A stretch of DNA of 64,000 nucleotides from a virus: positions 160,001-224,000 of the IMG/VR virus record IMGVR_UViG_3300045988_174371; one strand, given 5' to 3'. A model generated the notes under the pieces. That model made no database searches. It was not told the DNA's origin and worked only from the letters and a program-made list of their open reading frames with translations. The position numbers were made by a program, and so were the translations under genes. Position 1 is the stretch's first letter, and every line of letters starts with the position of its first letter. Shown piece by piece: positions 53,377 to 63,887 of this stretch.

Positions 53377-55131
53377 CTATCGGCGGTTGCGGCGGTTTGC
53401 GCGGGTTAGCATTTTGAGGGTTGTGTTGAACTCGCGGGTGACTTGTTCGGGGGTGAGAGTTGTGCTGTCCGCTTTGGTGGGGGTGATGAGTAGTTCTGCT
53501 AGGGGTGGGTTGGTGAAGTTGTCTGGGTGGAGGGTTTTACCGGCATGGGTGAGCTGTACGGCTTCGTTGTAGAGGTGCTGGATGGTGGCTGGTAGTTCGT
53601 TCCAGACTGGTAGTTCGATGAGTTGTGCGTATGCGCCGTAGTATAGGGCAAGATGAAGGAGTTTGCGGGCGGCGAGTAGTTGCCTGTTGCCTGCTTCTAT
53701 TAGGGCGAGGGTGTTTGTGTAGGTGACTTCATCTTGGGTGTTTGTCCATTGGCGGGTTAGTGTGGTTTTGTTGGTTCCTTGGTGTTGGGTTTGCTGGCTG
53801 GGTTTGCGGTGGGTGGTGGCGTGGTTCGTGAGGGCTCGCTCTGCTTGGTAGGTGTTGGTGTTGGTGTATTGGGCTGTGGTGGTGATGATGAGTTGTTGGA
53901 GGGAGGGGGTTGTGGTGTTGTTCAGCATTGTTGCCGCTTCGTTGAGGAATGCGGTTTGGGTGGTGAAGCTTTGGGGGTTGTAGATGTTTGCGTAGTAGTT
54001 GAGCGCGGCGATGGTTAGCGGCTGGATTGCGGTGTTGAGGTGGTTGGAGAAGTTGGCTTGCCCGTACTGTTGGAGGTAGTCGCATGGGTCGAGGTTTTCG
54101 GGCATGGCTACTGCCCACGACTGCGCTTGGGCTTGTGGGGCAGTGTGGTATGCGGCGGCGGTGGCTTTCATGCCTGCCTTGTCGCCGTCGAGGATGTAGA
54201 TGATGTTCCCAGTTTCTCCGATAAGTCGCTGGAGGATTTTGATGTGTTGGGCGGTGATTGCGGTACCGCTGGTGGCGTAGACGTTGGTGTACCCGTTGTC
54301 GTACATTGCGATGACATCGAATTGTCCTTCTACGATGTAGCAGATGTTTGTTTCACGGGTGCGCTGGTTTGCGTGGGAGATGTTGGGGTTGTATAGAAGC
54401 TTTTCTTTTTCGAATATTGGGGTTGCGCGACCGTTCACGTATTTGCGTTCTTCGTCGGGGTTGAGGGCACGTCCAGTGAACGATACGGGGGTTCCGTGCA
54501 TGTCGGTAATGGCAAACATGAGGCGGTCGCGCCAGAAGTCGTATAGTTCGCCGGTGTCTTTGTTCTGGGAGCAGACTCCGGCTAGGGTTAGTTCGTGGGG
54601 GGTGTAGGTTTGGGTGAGATGCTTGGTGAGTGCGTTGCCGCCGGGGGCGTACCCGTAGTGAGGCAGGTTTGGGTTGAGGGCGCGTTTGGTGACCTGAGCT
54701 TTCGCGGGGTGGTTCTCAGGGAGGTTATCGTATTGTGCGGTGTAGAAGTTCCATGCGGCTGTGGTGATTTCTTTGAGTCGGCGGTTGCTGGTGACGTTGC
54801 CTTCGTCGGGGTTTCTTTTGGGTAGTTCGATGGGCGGTTGCGCTGTCTCGGCTAGGTATTCGATAGCGTCGGTGAAGTTGCCGCCGTTGGTTTCCATTAC
54901 GAGGCTGATAACGTCGCCGGATTCGCCGCAACCGAAGCAGTGGTATGTTCCGGTGAGGGTGTTCAGGTTGAAGGATGGGGTGTTCTCGTCGTGGAAGGGG
55001 CAGAGGGCTTTGGCGTTTACGCCGCTGATTTGGACGGCGGTGTCTTTGGTGTCGCGGAAGGTTTGTTCGAACACGTCGATGATGTCGTGTGCTTCACGTA
55101 CTTTCTGGATTAGTTCTTGGCTGTAGCGCAT
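53377..55131 (-). CDS. dnaG: DNA primase DnaG
   Basis: 584 aa. CPFHDENTPSF...CFGCGESGD zinc finger, TOPRIM YIVEGQFDVIAMY and YILDGDKAGMKA. T/N/Q/H-rich C-terminal half. Confidence 0.9.
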   Translation of the reverse strand: MRYSQELIQKVREAHDIIDVFEQTFRDTKDTAVQISGVNAKALCPFHDENTPSFNLNTLTGTYHCFGCGESGDVISLVMETNGGNFTDAIEYLAETAQPPIELPKRNPDEGNVTSNRRLKEITTAAWNFYTAQYDNLPENHPAKAQVTKRALNPNLPHYGYAPGGNALTKHLTQTYTPHELTLAGVCSQNKDTGELYDFWRDRLMFAITDMHGTPVSFTGRALNPDEERKYVNGRATPIFEKEKLLYNPNISHANQRTRETNICYIVEGQFDVIAMYDNGYTNVYATSGTAITAQHIKILQRLIGETGNIIYILDGDKAGMKATAAAYHTAPQAQAQSWAVAMPENLDPCDYLQQYGQANFSNHLNTAIQPLTIAALNYYANIYNPQSFTTQTAFLNEAATMLNNTTTPSLQQLIITTTAQYTNTNTYQAERALTNHATTHRKPSQQTQHQGTNKTTLTRQWTNTQDEVTYTNTLALIEAGNRQLLAARKLLHLALYYGAYAQLIELPVWNELPATIQHLYNEAVQLTHAGKTLHPDNFTNPPLAELLITPTKADSTTLTPEQVTREFNTTLKMLTRANRRNRR

Positions 55132-55178
55132 CTGCGGTTCCTTTGTCTGAGTGGTGGGGTGCCGGTTACTGTGAGAGT

Positions 55179-55697
55179 TTAGTAGTACGTGCCGAAGTCG
55201 TGTTGTCGGCAGACGTAGCCGAATCGGGCGGGGAGACCGTCTTTCGTAACGGGTTTAGCTTTCTTTGTCTGTTCCCATTGTTCGACTGCTTGGCTCCATT
55301 CTTTGAAGATGTTGTCGTATTGGCTGTTGAGAGCCATGAGCTCTTCGATGGTTTCCTGAGGCTGTTCTTCGTTGGAGTGTTCTAGGTGCGCGCGCTGGGC
55401 GGCTTCGAGCCTGGGCTTTGCAACTTCCAGCAGGTTCCTCATCTTATTGGTGGCTTCAGTAGCGGCGGTGGCGATGGTGCGGCGGCTACTGTCTTTAGTT
55501 TTGGATGCCCAGGCTTCAATTTCTCGGTTGGTGACCGACATAGAGGTGAGGATGCTAGTGACGGAGTTGGTGAGGGCGGTGTATCCGACAAGGATAAGAG
55601 GCGGGACAGTACTCATGATGTGGGAGTCTTTCTTTTGGATGTGTTTAGAGAGTCGTGCGGCACCCCTGAAACCAGTAGGTAGACAGGGGTGCCGCAT
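55179..55697 (-). CDS. hypothetical protein
   Basis: 172 aa from ATG 55697, or 146 aa from ATG 55616. Lies between nrdH and dnaG. Confidence 0.45.
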   Translation of the reverse strand: MRHPCLPTGFRGAARLSKHIQKKDSHIMSTVPPLILVGYTALTNSVTSILTSMSVTNREIEAWASKTKDSSRRTIATAATEATNKMRNLLEVAKPRLEAAQRAHLEHSNEEQPQETIEELMALNSQYDNIFKEWSQAVEQWEQTKKAKPVTKDGLPARFGYVCRQHDFGTYY

Positions 55698-55715
55698 TTG
55701 TTGTGTGGGGAGCTG

Positions 55716-56033
55716 TTACTGCTCGCTGGATTCGCTGATTGCCACCTTGAGCACGTCGGGGATGAAACCTGAGAAGCAGATTTCGTTCTCGTCGCTTTCA
55801 TGCTGGCTCACTCCGGGGAGGCTGAGGTAGCGTTCGGGGTGTTCCGTGCGGATGGTCACGATAGGTGCCTGCATGATGTTCGGGTAGCGGCTCTTGATGT
55901 ATTCCAGCTTCTCGGGCTGTTCGTCTACCTTGTAGTTGTCGTAGGTGATGCCTGCGCCGTCTAGTACTCGTGCAGTCTGCTTGCACTGGATGCATTTGTT
56001 CTTGCTGTAGACGGTAATCGTCGGAGTAGCCAT
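55716..56033 (-). CDS. nrdH: NrdH-like glutaredoxin
   Basis: ITVYSKNKCIQCKQTARVL (CxxC), APIVTI. Start moved to ATG 56033 (GGGAGAG RBS). The track start 56069 would abut the -10 at 56074-56079. Confidence 0.7.
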   Translation of the reverse strand: MATPTITVYSKNKCIQCKQTARVLDGAGITYDNYKVDEQPEKLEYIKSRYPNIMQAPIVTIRTEHPERYLSLPGVSQHESDENEICFSGFIPDVLKVAISESSEQ

Positions 56034-56073
56034 CGGGTTTTCTCTCCCTGGTTGTAGTTGGTGGGACATTCAT

Positions 56074-56108
56074 ATTCTACGTGTTCCGCCTTGGGTTTCA
56101 CAAGGCGG
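56074..56108 (-). promoter_or_regulatory. hairpin plus -10 TAGAAT for the nrdH-dnaG operon
   Basis: 7-bp stem CCGCCTT / AAGGCGG (56086-56092, 56102-56108). Minus strand then reads AACACGTAGAATATG. Confidence 0.35.
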
Positions 56109-56205
56109 TTAGGTGGGGCGTAAGTATTTTTCTTCTAGCCCCAGTATGTCATAGCGGTTTCATTGTGGTTCTAAGGGGTGTTTGGGTGGGTCTCTGGTGT
56201 GCTCT

Positions 56206-56327
56206 GTGGCTATTTTGTGGGGAGAGTGGCTATTCGTGGTGCCTTAGGGACTTTTCGGGGTTATATGGATGGTTTTTCGGTAGTGGTTTTTTGGTAGGTT
56301 TTTGGGGTTTGGGTGGTTTTTCGGTAG
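56206..56327 (+). repeat. iteron-like direct repeats
   Basis: GTGGCTATT at 56206 and 56226. GGTTTTTCGGTAG at 56271 and 56315, plus the variant GGTTTTTTGGTAG at 56285. Confidence 0.5.
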
Positions 56328-56537
56328 CTGAGGGTAGGTGTGGGTGGCGTGTTGCGTGGCGTGTTTGCGGGGGTCGGGGTGTGTTGTGGGGTGGTTCTAC
56401 TATTGATTAGTGATAAGACTTATCCGGGGGTGGTGTTTTTGAGGCTGTTTAGGGCTTTGCGATGGTCGGCTTTGATGATTTGCGCTCTGCCGCTGTGGGG
56501 TTAGTTGATGCTAGGCGGAGCCGTTGGTCTGCTGACG

Positions 56538-56551
56538 TTTTTAAAAATAAA
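56538..56551. other. A/T-only block (possible unwinding element)
   Basis: TTTTTAAAAATAAA. It is the only pure A/T run in a G/T-rich 667-bp non-coding region. Confidence 0.3.
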
Positions 56552-56563
56552 GGCGCAAGGGGG

Positions 56564-56569
56564 TATAAT
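56564..56569 (+). promoter_or_regulatory. -10 TATAAT upstream of the Rep-like gene
   Basis: GGGTATAATGG, ~165 nt upstream of GTG 56737. Confidence 0.35.
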
Positions 56570-56736
56570 GGTGGTTGAGTTTTTGGGGCGACCGTCGGTA
56601 TCCTGTAGGTGAGGAAAAGCTGATGGTGAGTGAAAATGGTTTTGCCGTCCTATTGGTGGTGTGCTAGACTGTTCCCAATCACATGTTATGAAGTAATCTG
56701 TTTGTTTTAAGTACCTCGGAGAAAGGAGGGTCACTC

Positions 56737-59283
56737 GTGGCTATGTCAGCAGTACGTGATGAAGACGCGGTTATGGTTCCGGTGGAGCCTGAGTCCGCGT
56801 CTGTTTTTGTGCCTGTAAACTCTGCCAAGGCGTTCACGGGTGACTCACTGTATCTGCGTGCCCGCCGTGAGGCTGTCCTTGCTCATGCTGAGAATAGGCG
56901 TGAGCAGGGTGCTGGTTATAGCCCGTACAGTGTCGTGGACTCTGACGGGTGCCTACTTCCTGAGAACGTTTCTGCTGAAGATGCTTTTGGAATGTATGTT
57001 GAGCGTGAGGCGTGGGTTCTGCCGCTTGCTTATGTGCATGGCGGTTTGCCGGTGTCTGCGCGTTCTGTTTCGGCTGGCTCTGCGTTTAATGAGCAGGGCG
57101 TGTGGGAGCGTTCTTCGTTGGCGCGTGTCGTTCAGCATGTGCCCTCTCCTGTTCTTGGGCTGAGTGGCGTTGAGTTGCTGGAGATGCCTTCGGGTGTGAT
57201 GGCGCGTCGTGCTTTGGCGTTTATTGCTTCACGTGTTCTGGAGACTGGTGCACGTGAGTTTGTTGTGCCTTCTCAGCCGCGTGCTTTGGCGCGTGTTGCT
57301 GGTGTTCCGGCGCTTTCTGCTGACGGGTATCGCCGGTTTGCTGAGGTGTTCCGTATGTGCCTTGGATTGAGGACTGCTGTTTATGACCGTGCGGCTGATG
57401 GTGGGCGTGGGGAGCTTCTTCATGCGTTCAGTGTTGGCGCGGATGTCTCTGACTCTTCGATGGGTATCATGTACAGCTTGGAGGGTAACGACTCTGGGTT
57501 CGCTGTGGTACGTGTTTCGGATGAGTTCTTTGATTACGTGAGCGGTAGCAATGTTGTGGCTATCCCTGCGTCTATGTGGGGTAGCCGGGTTGTGCGTTCT
57601 TCTGCTGTGGCGTTGGATGTTTTGGCGCTAGTTTTGGCGCGAGCTTCTGCCATGCGTGGCTCTTCTAAGGGCGGTAAGGCTTGGGTTGCTTGGTCGCATC
57701 TGGCGCGTCAGTTCGCTGTGTTCTCTTCCTCTGTACACAAGATGCATAGTGTGTACCGTAACGCGGTGAATGCTGTGCGTTCGCTGTTCGTACTGGAAGG
57801 CTCTGAGGACGTTGTTTCTCTTGTTGGTGGTAAGGGTAAGCGTGGTTTCTCTGGTTTCATGATTCAGGCGTACCGTTCTGCCCTGAAAGTTCTGCGCCCT
57901 CACGCCGTGAAGGTGGGCGATACGCTCTCTAAGCAGGTGCGTGGCGATGTTCAGAGGGAGACTTTGAATGAGTCTGCCGCTAAGGGTGAGCAGGTGCTTA
58001 TCCCTATCCGTGCACCCCGCAAGGGTAACATTTACCGTGCTGTAGACCTTGACCTGCTCTCTACCAAGATGAGCGGTAAGCTGGGCATTTACTTGCCTGC
58101 AATTAGCGAAGAATGGGAGCGTATTGTTGATACTGTTATCGACAGGTACGCCGCTTCCGCGCGCAACGGCAACCTCAAGAAGGTGAACAGCTGGCAGGCG
58201 TATGTTGAAGCGTCTATTAAGAACCAGCCCGCCCTCATGGACACCCCGAAGGAAGCGTCCACCCCTGTACGCCCCTCTCGCGCAATCCAGACCCCGAAGG
58301 TAACCGAAGACACTACCACTACCGAAAAGGCTGTCCAGGAGCCGCATGTAGCCGCTGACGGTCTACCGCGCCGCAACAGCGAGCAGACCCCGAAGACTTC
58401 CGCCGCTAAGCGTAAGGACAGCAACTTCGGTGCACCCTCACCCGTCTACATGTCCGAAGCGTTGGTGAAGAACTCCACCGTGAACACTTTCGACCTTCTC
58501 GATGAGAACTTCCTCAAGCAGTACATGAACGAAGACTGCATCATCACCCTTGACGTGGACACCCCCGAGTACTACGCATACTCTGACGCGCTACAGGCAG
58601 GAGCCGTGCCCGTAAATAACTACGAGCAGTGGAAGAAGGGCGTAAAGTTCCCCCCTGTCCGCGTGAAGCTCCCCTCCGGCGGCTACACCTACCTGAACGC
58701 CGGTAGCCGCTACACCAAGGGCGACGAATACTACTGCCGCGTCCTCCTCACCGAAGACTTCAGCAAGGACATCAAACGCACTATCTCCAACATCCGTGGA
58801 GACCGCCCTGTCACCCCCACCGAAGTTCCCATCCCCCCCGCGCCCGCCCCGGTTGCCCCTGTAGCGACTCCTGCACCCGTAACTCAGGTAGCAGAAACCA
58901 TTCCTCCGCGCCCTGAGTCGAAAAAGGAAGAGTCTGCTCCGGTATCTGAGCCTGCCGCACCCAAGAAGCGGAAGATTTGCTCCAACATGCCTAAGCATGT
59001 CGCTGAATCCCTCGCACCCTGGGACAAGGTGGACGCACACTACACCTACGTAGACGCGGAAGAAACCCTCGACGGCTACCTTGCGAACTTCAACGCTGAC
59101 CCGCTAGAGGCTGAAGTCATCAATGAGGCATCCCTGCCGCCTGTGGCTAACGAGGAGGAAGCAGAAGCTCGCGCCGCTATTCTGAAGTGGATTAACAACT
59201 CGAAGGACAGGAAGCCCCTACTGGATAGCATTATGAACCCCGCTCCTGAGCCTGACGACGAGTACCCCATCCTCAAGTACTAG
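56737..59283 (+). CDS. putative plasmid replication initiator (RepA-type winged-helix core) with long P/T/E-rich C-terminal half
   Basis: 848 aa. GTG with AGGAGG 7 nt upstream. ALDVLALVLARASAMRGSSKGGKAWVAWSHLARQFAV resembles the RepA_C-type core. Adjacent iteron-like repeats; a terminator follows. Confidence 0.45.
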   Translation: MAMSAVRDEDAVMVPVEPESASVFVPVNSAKAFTGDSLYLRARREAVLAHAENRREQGAGYSPYSVVDSDGCLLPENVSAEDAFGMYVEREAWVLPLAYVHGGLPVSARSVSAGSAFNEQGVWERSSLARVVQHVPSPVLGLSGVELLEMPSGVMARRALAFIASRVLETGAREFVVPSQPRALARVAGVPALSADGYRRFAEVFRMCLGLRTAVYDRAADGGRGELLHAFSVGADVSDSSMGIMYSLEGNDSGFAVVRVSDEFFDYVSGSNVVAIPASMWGSRVVRSSAVALDVLALVLARASAMRGSSKGGKAWVAWSHLARQFAVFSSSVHKMHSVYRNAVNAVRSLFVLEGSEDVVSLVGGKGKRGFSGFMIQAYRSALKVLRPHAVKVGDTLSKQVRGDVQRETLNESAAKGEQVLIPIRAPRKGNIYRAVDLDLLSTKMSGKLGIYLPAISEEWERIVDTVIDRYAASARNGNLKKVNSWQAYVEASIKNQPALMDTPKEASTPVRPSRAIQTPKVTEDTTTTEKAVQEPHVAADGLPRRNSEQTPKTSAAKRKDSNFGAPSPVYMSEALVKNSTVNTFDLLDENFLKQYMNEDCIITLDVDTPEYYAYSDALQAGAVPVNNYEQWKKGVKFPPVRVKLPSGGYTYLNAGSRYTKGDEYYCRVLLTEDFSKDIKRTISNIRGDRPVTPTEVPIPPAPAPVAPVATPAPVTQVAETIPPRPESKKEESAPVSEPAAPKKRKICSNMPKHVAESLAPWDKVDAHYTYVDAEETLDGYLANFNADPLEAEVINEASLPPVANEEEAEARAAILKWINNSKDRKPLLDSIMNPAPEPDDEYPILKY

Positions 59284-59292
59284 GCAGAGGCA

Positions 59293-59337
59293 CAGAAAAC
59301 CCCACCCACGCTTTCTATACGTGGGTGGGGTTTTCTG
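59293..59337 (+). terminator. rho-independent terminator of the Rep-like gene
   Basis: 18-bp perfect stem CAGAAAACCCCACCCACG / CGTGGGTGGGGTTTTCTG with a 9-nt loop. Confidence 0.65.
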
Positions 59338-59498
59338 TTGAGCCACGTACTGAAGGTATGCTCAGCTCAGGTTGGAGAAACACTTACGCCCCCAAACCTT
59401 AGGAAGGCTTGAGGGCGTAAGCTGTGAGAAGGCGGGGCACTCAACCCCTACCCAAACAATAGTTAAGCTATTGTCAGCTGTGTAATTATTATTCTACA

Positions 59499-60281
59499 CT
59501 AGCTTCCCGGAATGGTCAAGACCTGACCCGGAAAAATAAGATTCACATCGTAAATCACATCCACATTAGCGTCCGCAATAGCCTGATAGCCGCCTGCAAC
59601 ACCCAAACGGCTTGCAATGAGCGATAGCGTATCACCAGCAACAACCTGGTACGTGGAAGAAGCCGCAACCGGAGCCTTCACAGGGGCAACGGCAGGAGCC
59701 GGAGCCTCAGTAGCAACCGGGGCGACCGGAGCAGACTCAACAGCCGCAGTAGAAGCCGCATCTGCCGAAACAGCAGGAGCCTCAACAACAGGGGTAACTG
59801 GAGTAGCTACAGCAGGAGCCGCCGGAACGGTGGCAGGAGCCGGAGCTACCGGAGTCTGCACAGTGCCCTGAGGAGCAACTACCGTAGAAGTAGTAGCCGC
59901 CGGAGCAGACTGAACTGCACCAGAGTTAGAGTAGGTGGGGGTTGCCGCGCCAGACAAACCGTACTTGGCAGTACAAGCGGGCCATGCGCCCCAACCCTGC
60001 AAAGCTAGAAGACGCTCACCAGCTTCAATCTGAGCCTCCTTGGAAGCGGTGTGCGGAGAACCGCTCATACCTACACCATTCCAAGACTGCTGAGTGAACT
60101 GCAAACCGCCATAGAAACCGTTACCAGTATTGATAGACCAGTTACCACCCGACTCACACTGAGCGAGCTTTTCCCACGTAGCAAGGTCAGCGGCATTAGC
60201 CGAAGGAACCGCAAGTGCCCCAACGGAAAGACCACCAAGTGCAAGAGCTACAGCGGTACGACGAATGGAAGTGTTCTTCAT
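59499..60281 (-). CDS. rpf: resuscitation-promoting factor (Rpf transglycosylase-like domain + LysM)
   Basis: 260 aa. Signal peptide, CESGGNWSINTGNGFYGGLQFTQQSW, A/P/T linker, C-terminal LysM YQVVAGDTLSLIASRLG. Confidence 0.9.
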   Translation of the reverse strand: MKNTSIRRTAVALALGGLSVGALAVPSANAADLATWEKLAQCESGGNWSINTGNGFYGGLQFTQQSWNGVGMSGSPHTASKEAQIEAGERLLALQGWGAWPACTAKYGLSGAATPTYSNSGAVQSAPAATTSTVVAPQGTVQTPVAPAPATVPAAPAVATPVTPVVEAPAVSADAASTAAVESAPVAPVATEAPAPAVAPVKAPVAASSTYQVVAGDTLSLIASRLGVAGGYQAIADANVDVIYDVNLIFPGQVLTIPGS

Positions 60282-60613
60282 AATACTCCTTAGGGGTGCC
60301 CTCGCTCGCCCCGTCCCCAGGGCTCAAACGCGCCTCCGCCCGCCCCTCTTTGTTAAAGTGGGCTAAGTTTCTAGTTCAGCTTCGTGGGCGGCTCATCACC
60401 CCATCAAAATCACCTTTGAACAGTACCAGCCGTAAAGCGCGTGCTCTCAGCTAACACTAAGGTGACCATCCGGCGTGAGGGCGTGAAGAAGAACCGGGCA
60501 CCTTCACCATCTAACCAAACGGTATGTGGCGAAGATACGAGTAACTGCTAGTCAAAGCGGTTACCAGAAAACATGATACCTGGGTTACCTGCTAGAGGCA
60601 ACCCAGCTCTACA

Positions 60614-60657
60614 CATATAGCAAACGCCGGAAGCTCACAGGGAACTCCCAGCGTTTG
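60614..60657 (-). promoter_or_regulatory. weak hairpin plus extended -10-like TTTGCTATATG upstream of rpf
   Basis: 7-bp stem CAAACGC / GCGTTTG. The motif at 60614-60624 lies ~330 nt upstream of the rpf ATG. Confidence 0.35.
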
Positions 60658-60692
60658 AAGGTTCAAGTTTTTTCGGTGTGCCACGCGCCTGC

Positions 60693-62831
<2,139 letters not shown>

Positions 62832-62860
62832 CTATCCTACAAACCTCCTTCATAAATGCT

Positions 62861-62900
62861 GATGGTTCCCCGGCACTCCTAAAAGCACCAGGGAACCATC
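62861..62900 (-). terminator. hairpin after 62913-63791
   Basis: 10-bp stem GATGGTTCCC / GGGAACCATC with a 20-nt loop. Confidence 0.4.
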
Positions 62901-62912
62901 ACAAAACAATAC

Positions 62913-63791
62913 TTAGCCCAACACTCCAGCAGGAACCCTATCCACCCAACCAGAGCCAGAGAAGGCACCGGCGGGCAACCCGCAAGCAGACTCCAAAGCG
63001 CGAGCATACTCACGCCCCCTCAGCCTAGCAGACCGTGCGACATGAAGCATAGCCTGCACATCATTACGGGAATACGCCGCCCGCATCTTACGAACACACA
63101 TCTCCACATAATCATTAACATTGGGCTTCGGCGGCTCCACCCTAAAATCAAGCACCCTCACAAGCTCACAAGGAACCGGCGAACCTACCTGACCAGTAAA
63201 CGTCTTCATCACATGCCAAGCATCTACAGCCCACACCTGAGCCGTAGAGCCATCAGGAAGCTTCACCGGCACCTTCTTAGCGAAGCCACGGTCAATAACC
63301 CACTGACGCGGCTTCCCCAACTTCCGTTCCCGAGAACCACACGGCTGTTCACGGTCAATATGGAACCACCAACCACCATCAGCCATAAGCGCCCTAAAAG
63401 CCCCCGGCGACAAGTGAAAATAAGGTGCAATCATATGGGGCAACACAAATACGCCAGGCTTAACATTCGCAGGAATGGTCTGGTTCACTGGAATACGCTT
63501 CACATGCACCGGCGAGTTTACTTGCAGAACACGCAACAGCTCCTTCATGTTCCACAACTGCTGGCGGTCACAGAAAGCAACAATCTGAGAACGGCTCATC
63601 TTCTCAGTCGTCTTACCGCCCGCAAGGTAACCGCCACGGGTTAGTGCGGCAAGAACCTCATCCCGCCCAATGTTGAAGCCAGCGACCGCCTGCTGAGGCG
63701 GCAAATACATCGGCTTAGCCCCCGAAGTATGCAAAGCAATCGGCGTAGGAAGGGTCTTCACCTGCAACTCACGCTGAGACTTAGTGCGCAT
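62913..63791 (-). CDS. hypothetical protein
   Basis: 292 aa from ATG 63791 (GAGGAG 7 nt upstream). The track's TTG 63842 start is less likely. Confidence 0.5.
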   Translation of the reverse strand: MRTKSQRELQVKTLPTPIALHTSGAKPMYLPPQQAVAGFNIGRDEVLAALTRGGYLAGGKTTEKMSRSQIVAFCDRQQLWNMKELLRVLQVNSPVHVKRIPVNQTIPANVKPGVFVLPHMIAPYFHLSPGAFRALMADGGWWFHIDREQPCGSRERKLGKPRQWVIDRGFAKKVPVKLPDGSTAQVWAVDAWHVMKTFTGQVGSPVPCELVRVLDFRVEPPKPNVNDYVEMCVRKMRAAYSRNDVQAMLHVARSARLRGREYARALESACGLPAGAFSGSGWVDRVPAGVLG

Positions 63792-63887
63792 ATAGAATCT
63801 CCTCAATGTCTTTAATAACGAGTTATGGCAACTTCCAAACAAGCCCCCACATTTACAGACAATGGGACATTCACCAACCGCCGGTAT

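Larger units (their letters stand above)
430..59283. mobile_element. conjugative plasmid / ICE-like backbone (T4SS plus own replication module); true limits not recognisable in this window
   Basis: Coupling protein, VirB4-like, VirB6-like, wall hydrolases, Rep-like gene with iteron-like repeats, DnaB/DnaG/SSB. No integrase or att site seen. Confidence 0.6.

Noticed and set aside
53729-54118. 129-aa minus-strand ORF, plus several + strand ORFs (53779-54018, 54040-54396 and others), overlapping dnaG
   Set aside because: They are out-of-frame or antisense to a well-supported DnaG ORF. The A/C-rich strand is poor in stop codons, and the products are P/H/Q/T or G/V low-complexity.
56301-56395. 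G-quadruplex-forming potential of the G-runs upstream of the Rep-like gene
   Set aside because: The G-runs are mostly 3-4 nt with irregular spacing in generally G-rich DNA. This cannot be judged without a G4 predictor, so it is mentioned only as part of the origin-like region.
56081-56410. 109-aa + strand ORF (G/V/W/F/L-rich) in the region upstream of the Rep-like gene
   Set aside because: It lies wholly in the G/T-rich repeat region. Its composition is simply the translation of G/T-rich DNA. It has no RBS and overlaps the iteron-like repeats.
56420-56428. DnaA-box-like TTATCCGGG in the origin-like region
   Set aside because: Only 6 of 9 positions match TTATCCACA, it is a single copy, and this is easily chance.
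57628-58347. 239-aa minus-strand ORF antisense to the Rep-like ORF
   Set aside because: R/L/G-rich antisense artefact. The sense ORF has an RBS, promoter, terminator and a recognisable initiator-like core.
63042-63644. 200-aa + strand ORF antisense to 62913-63791
   Set aside because: H/R/K/T/L-rich low complexity on the stop-poor A/C-rich strand. There is no RBS, and the minus-strand ORF has a strong GAGGAG RBS.
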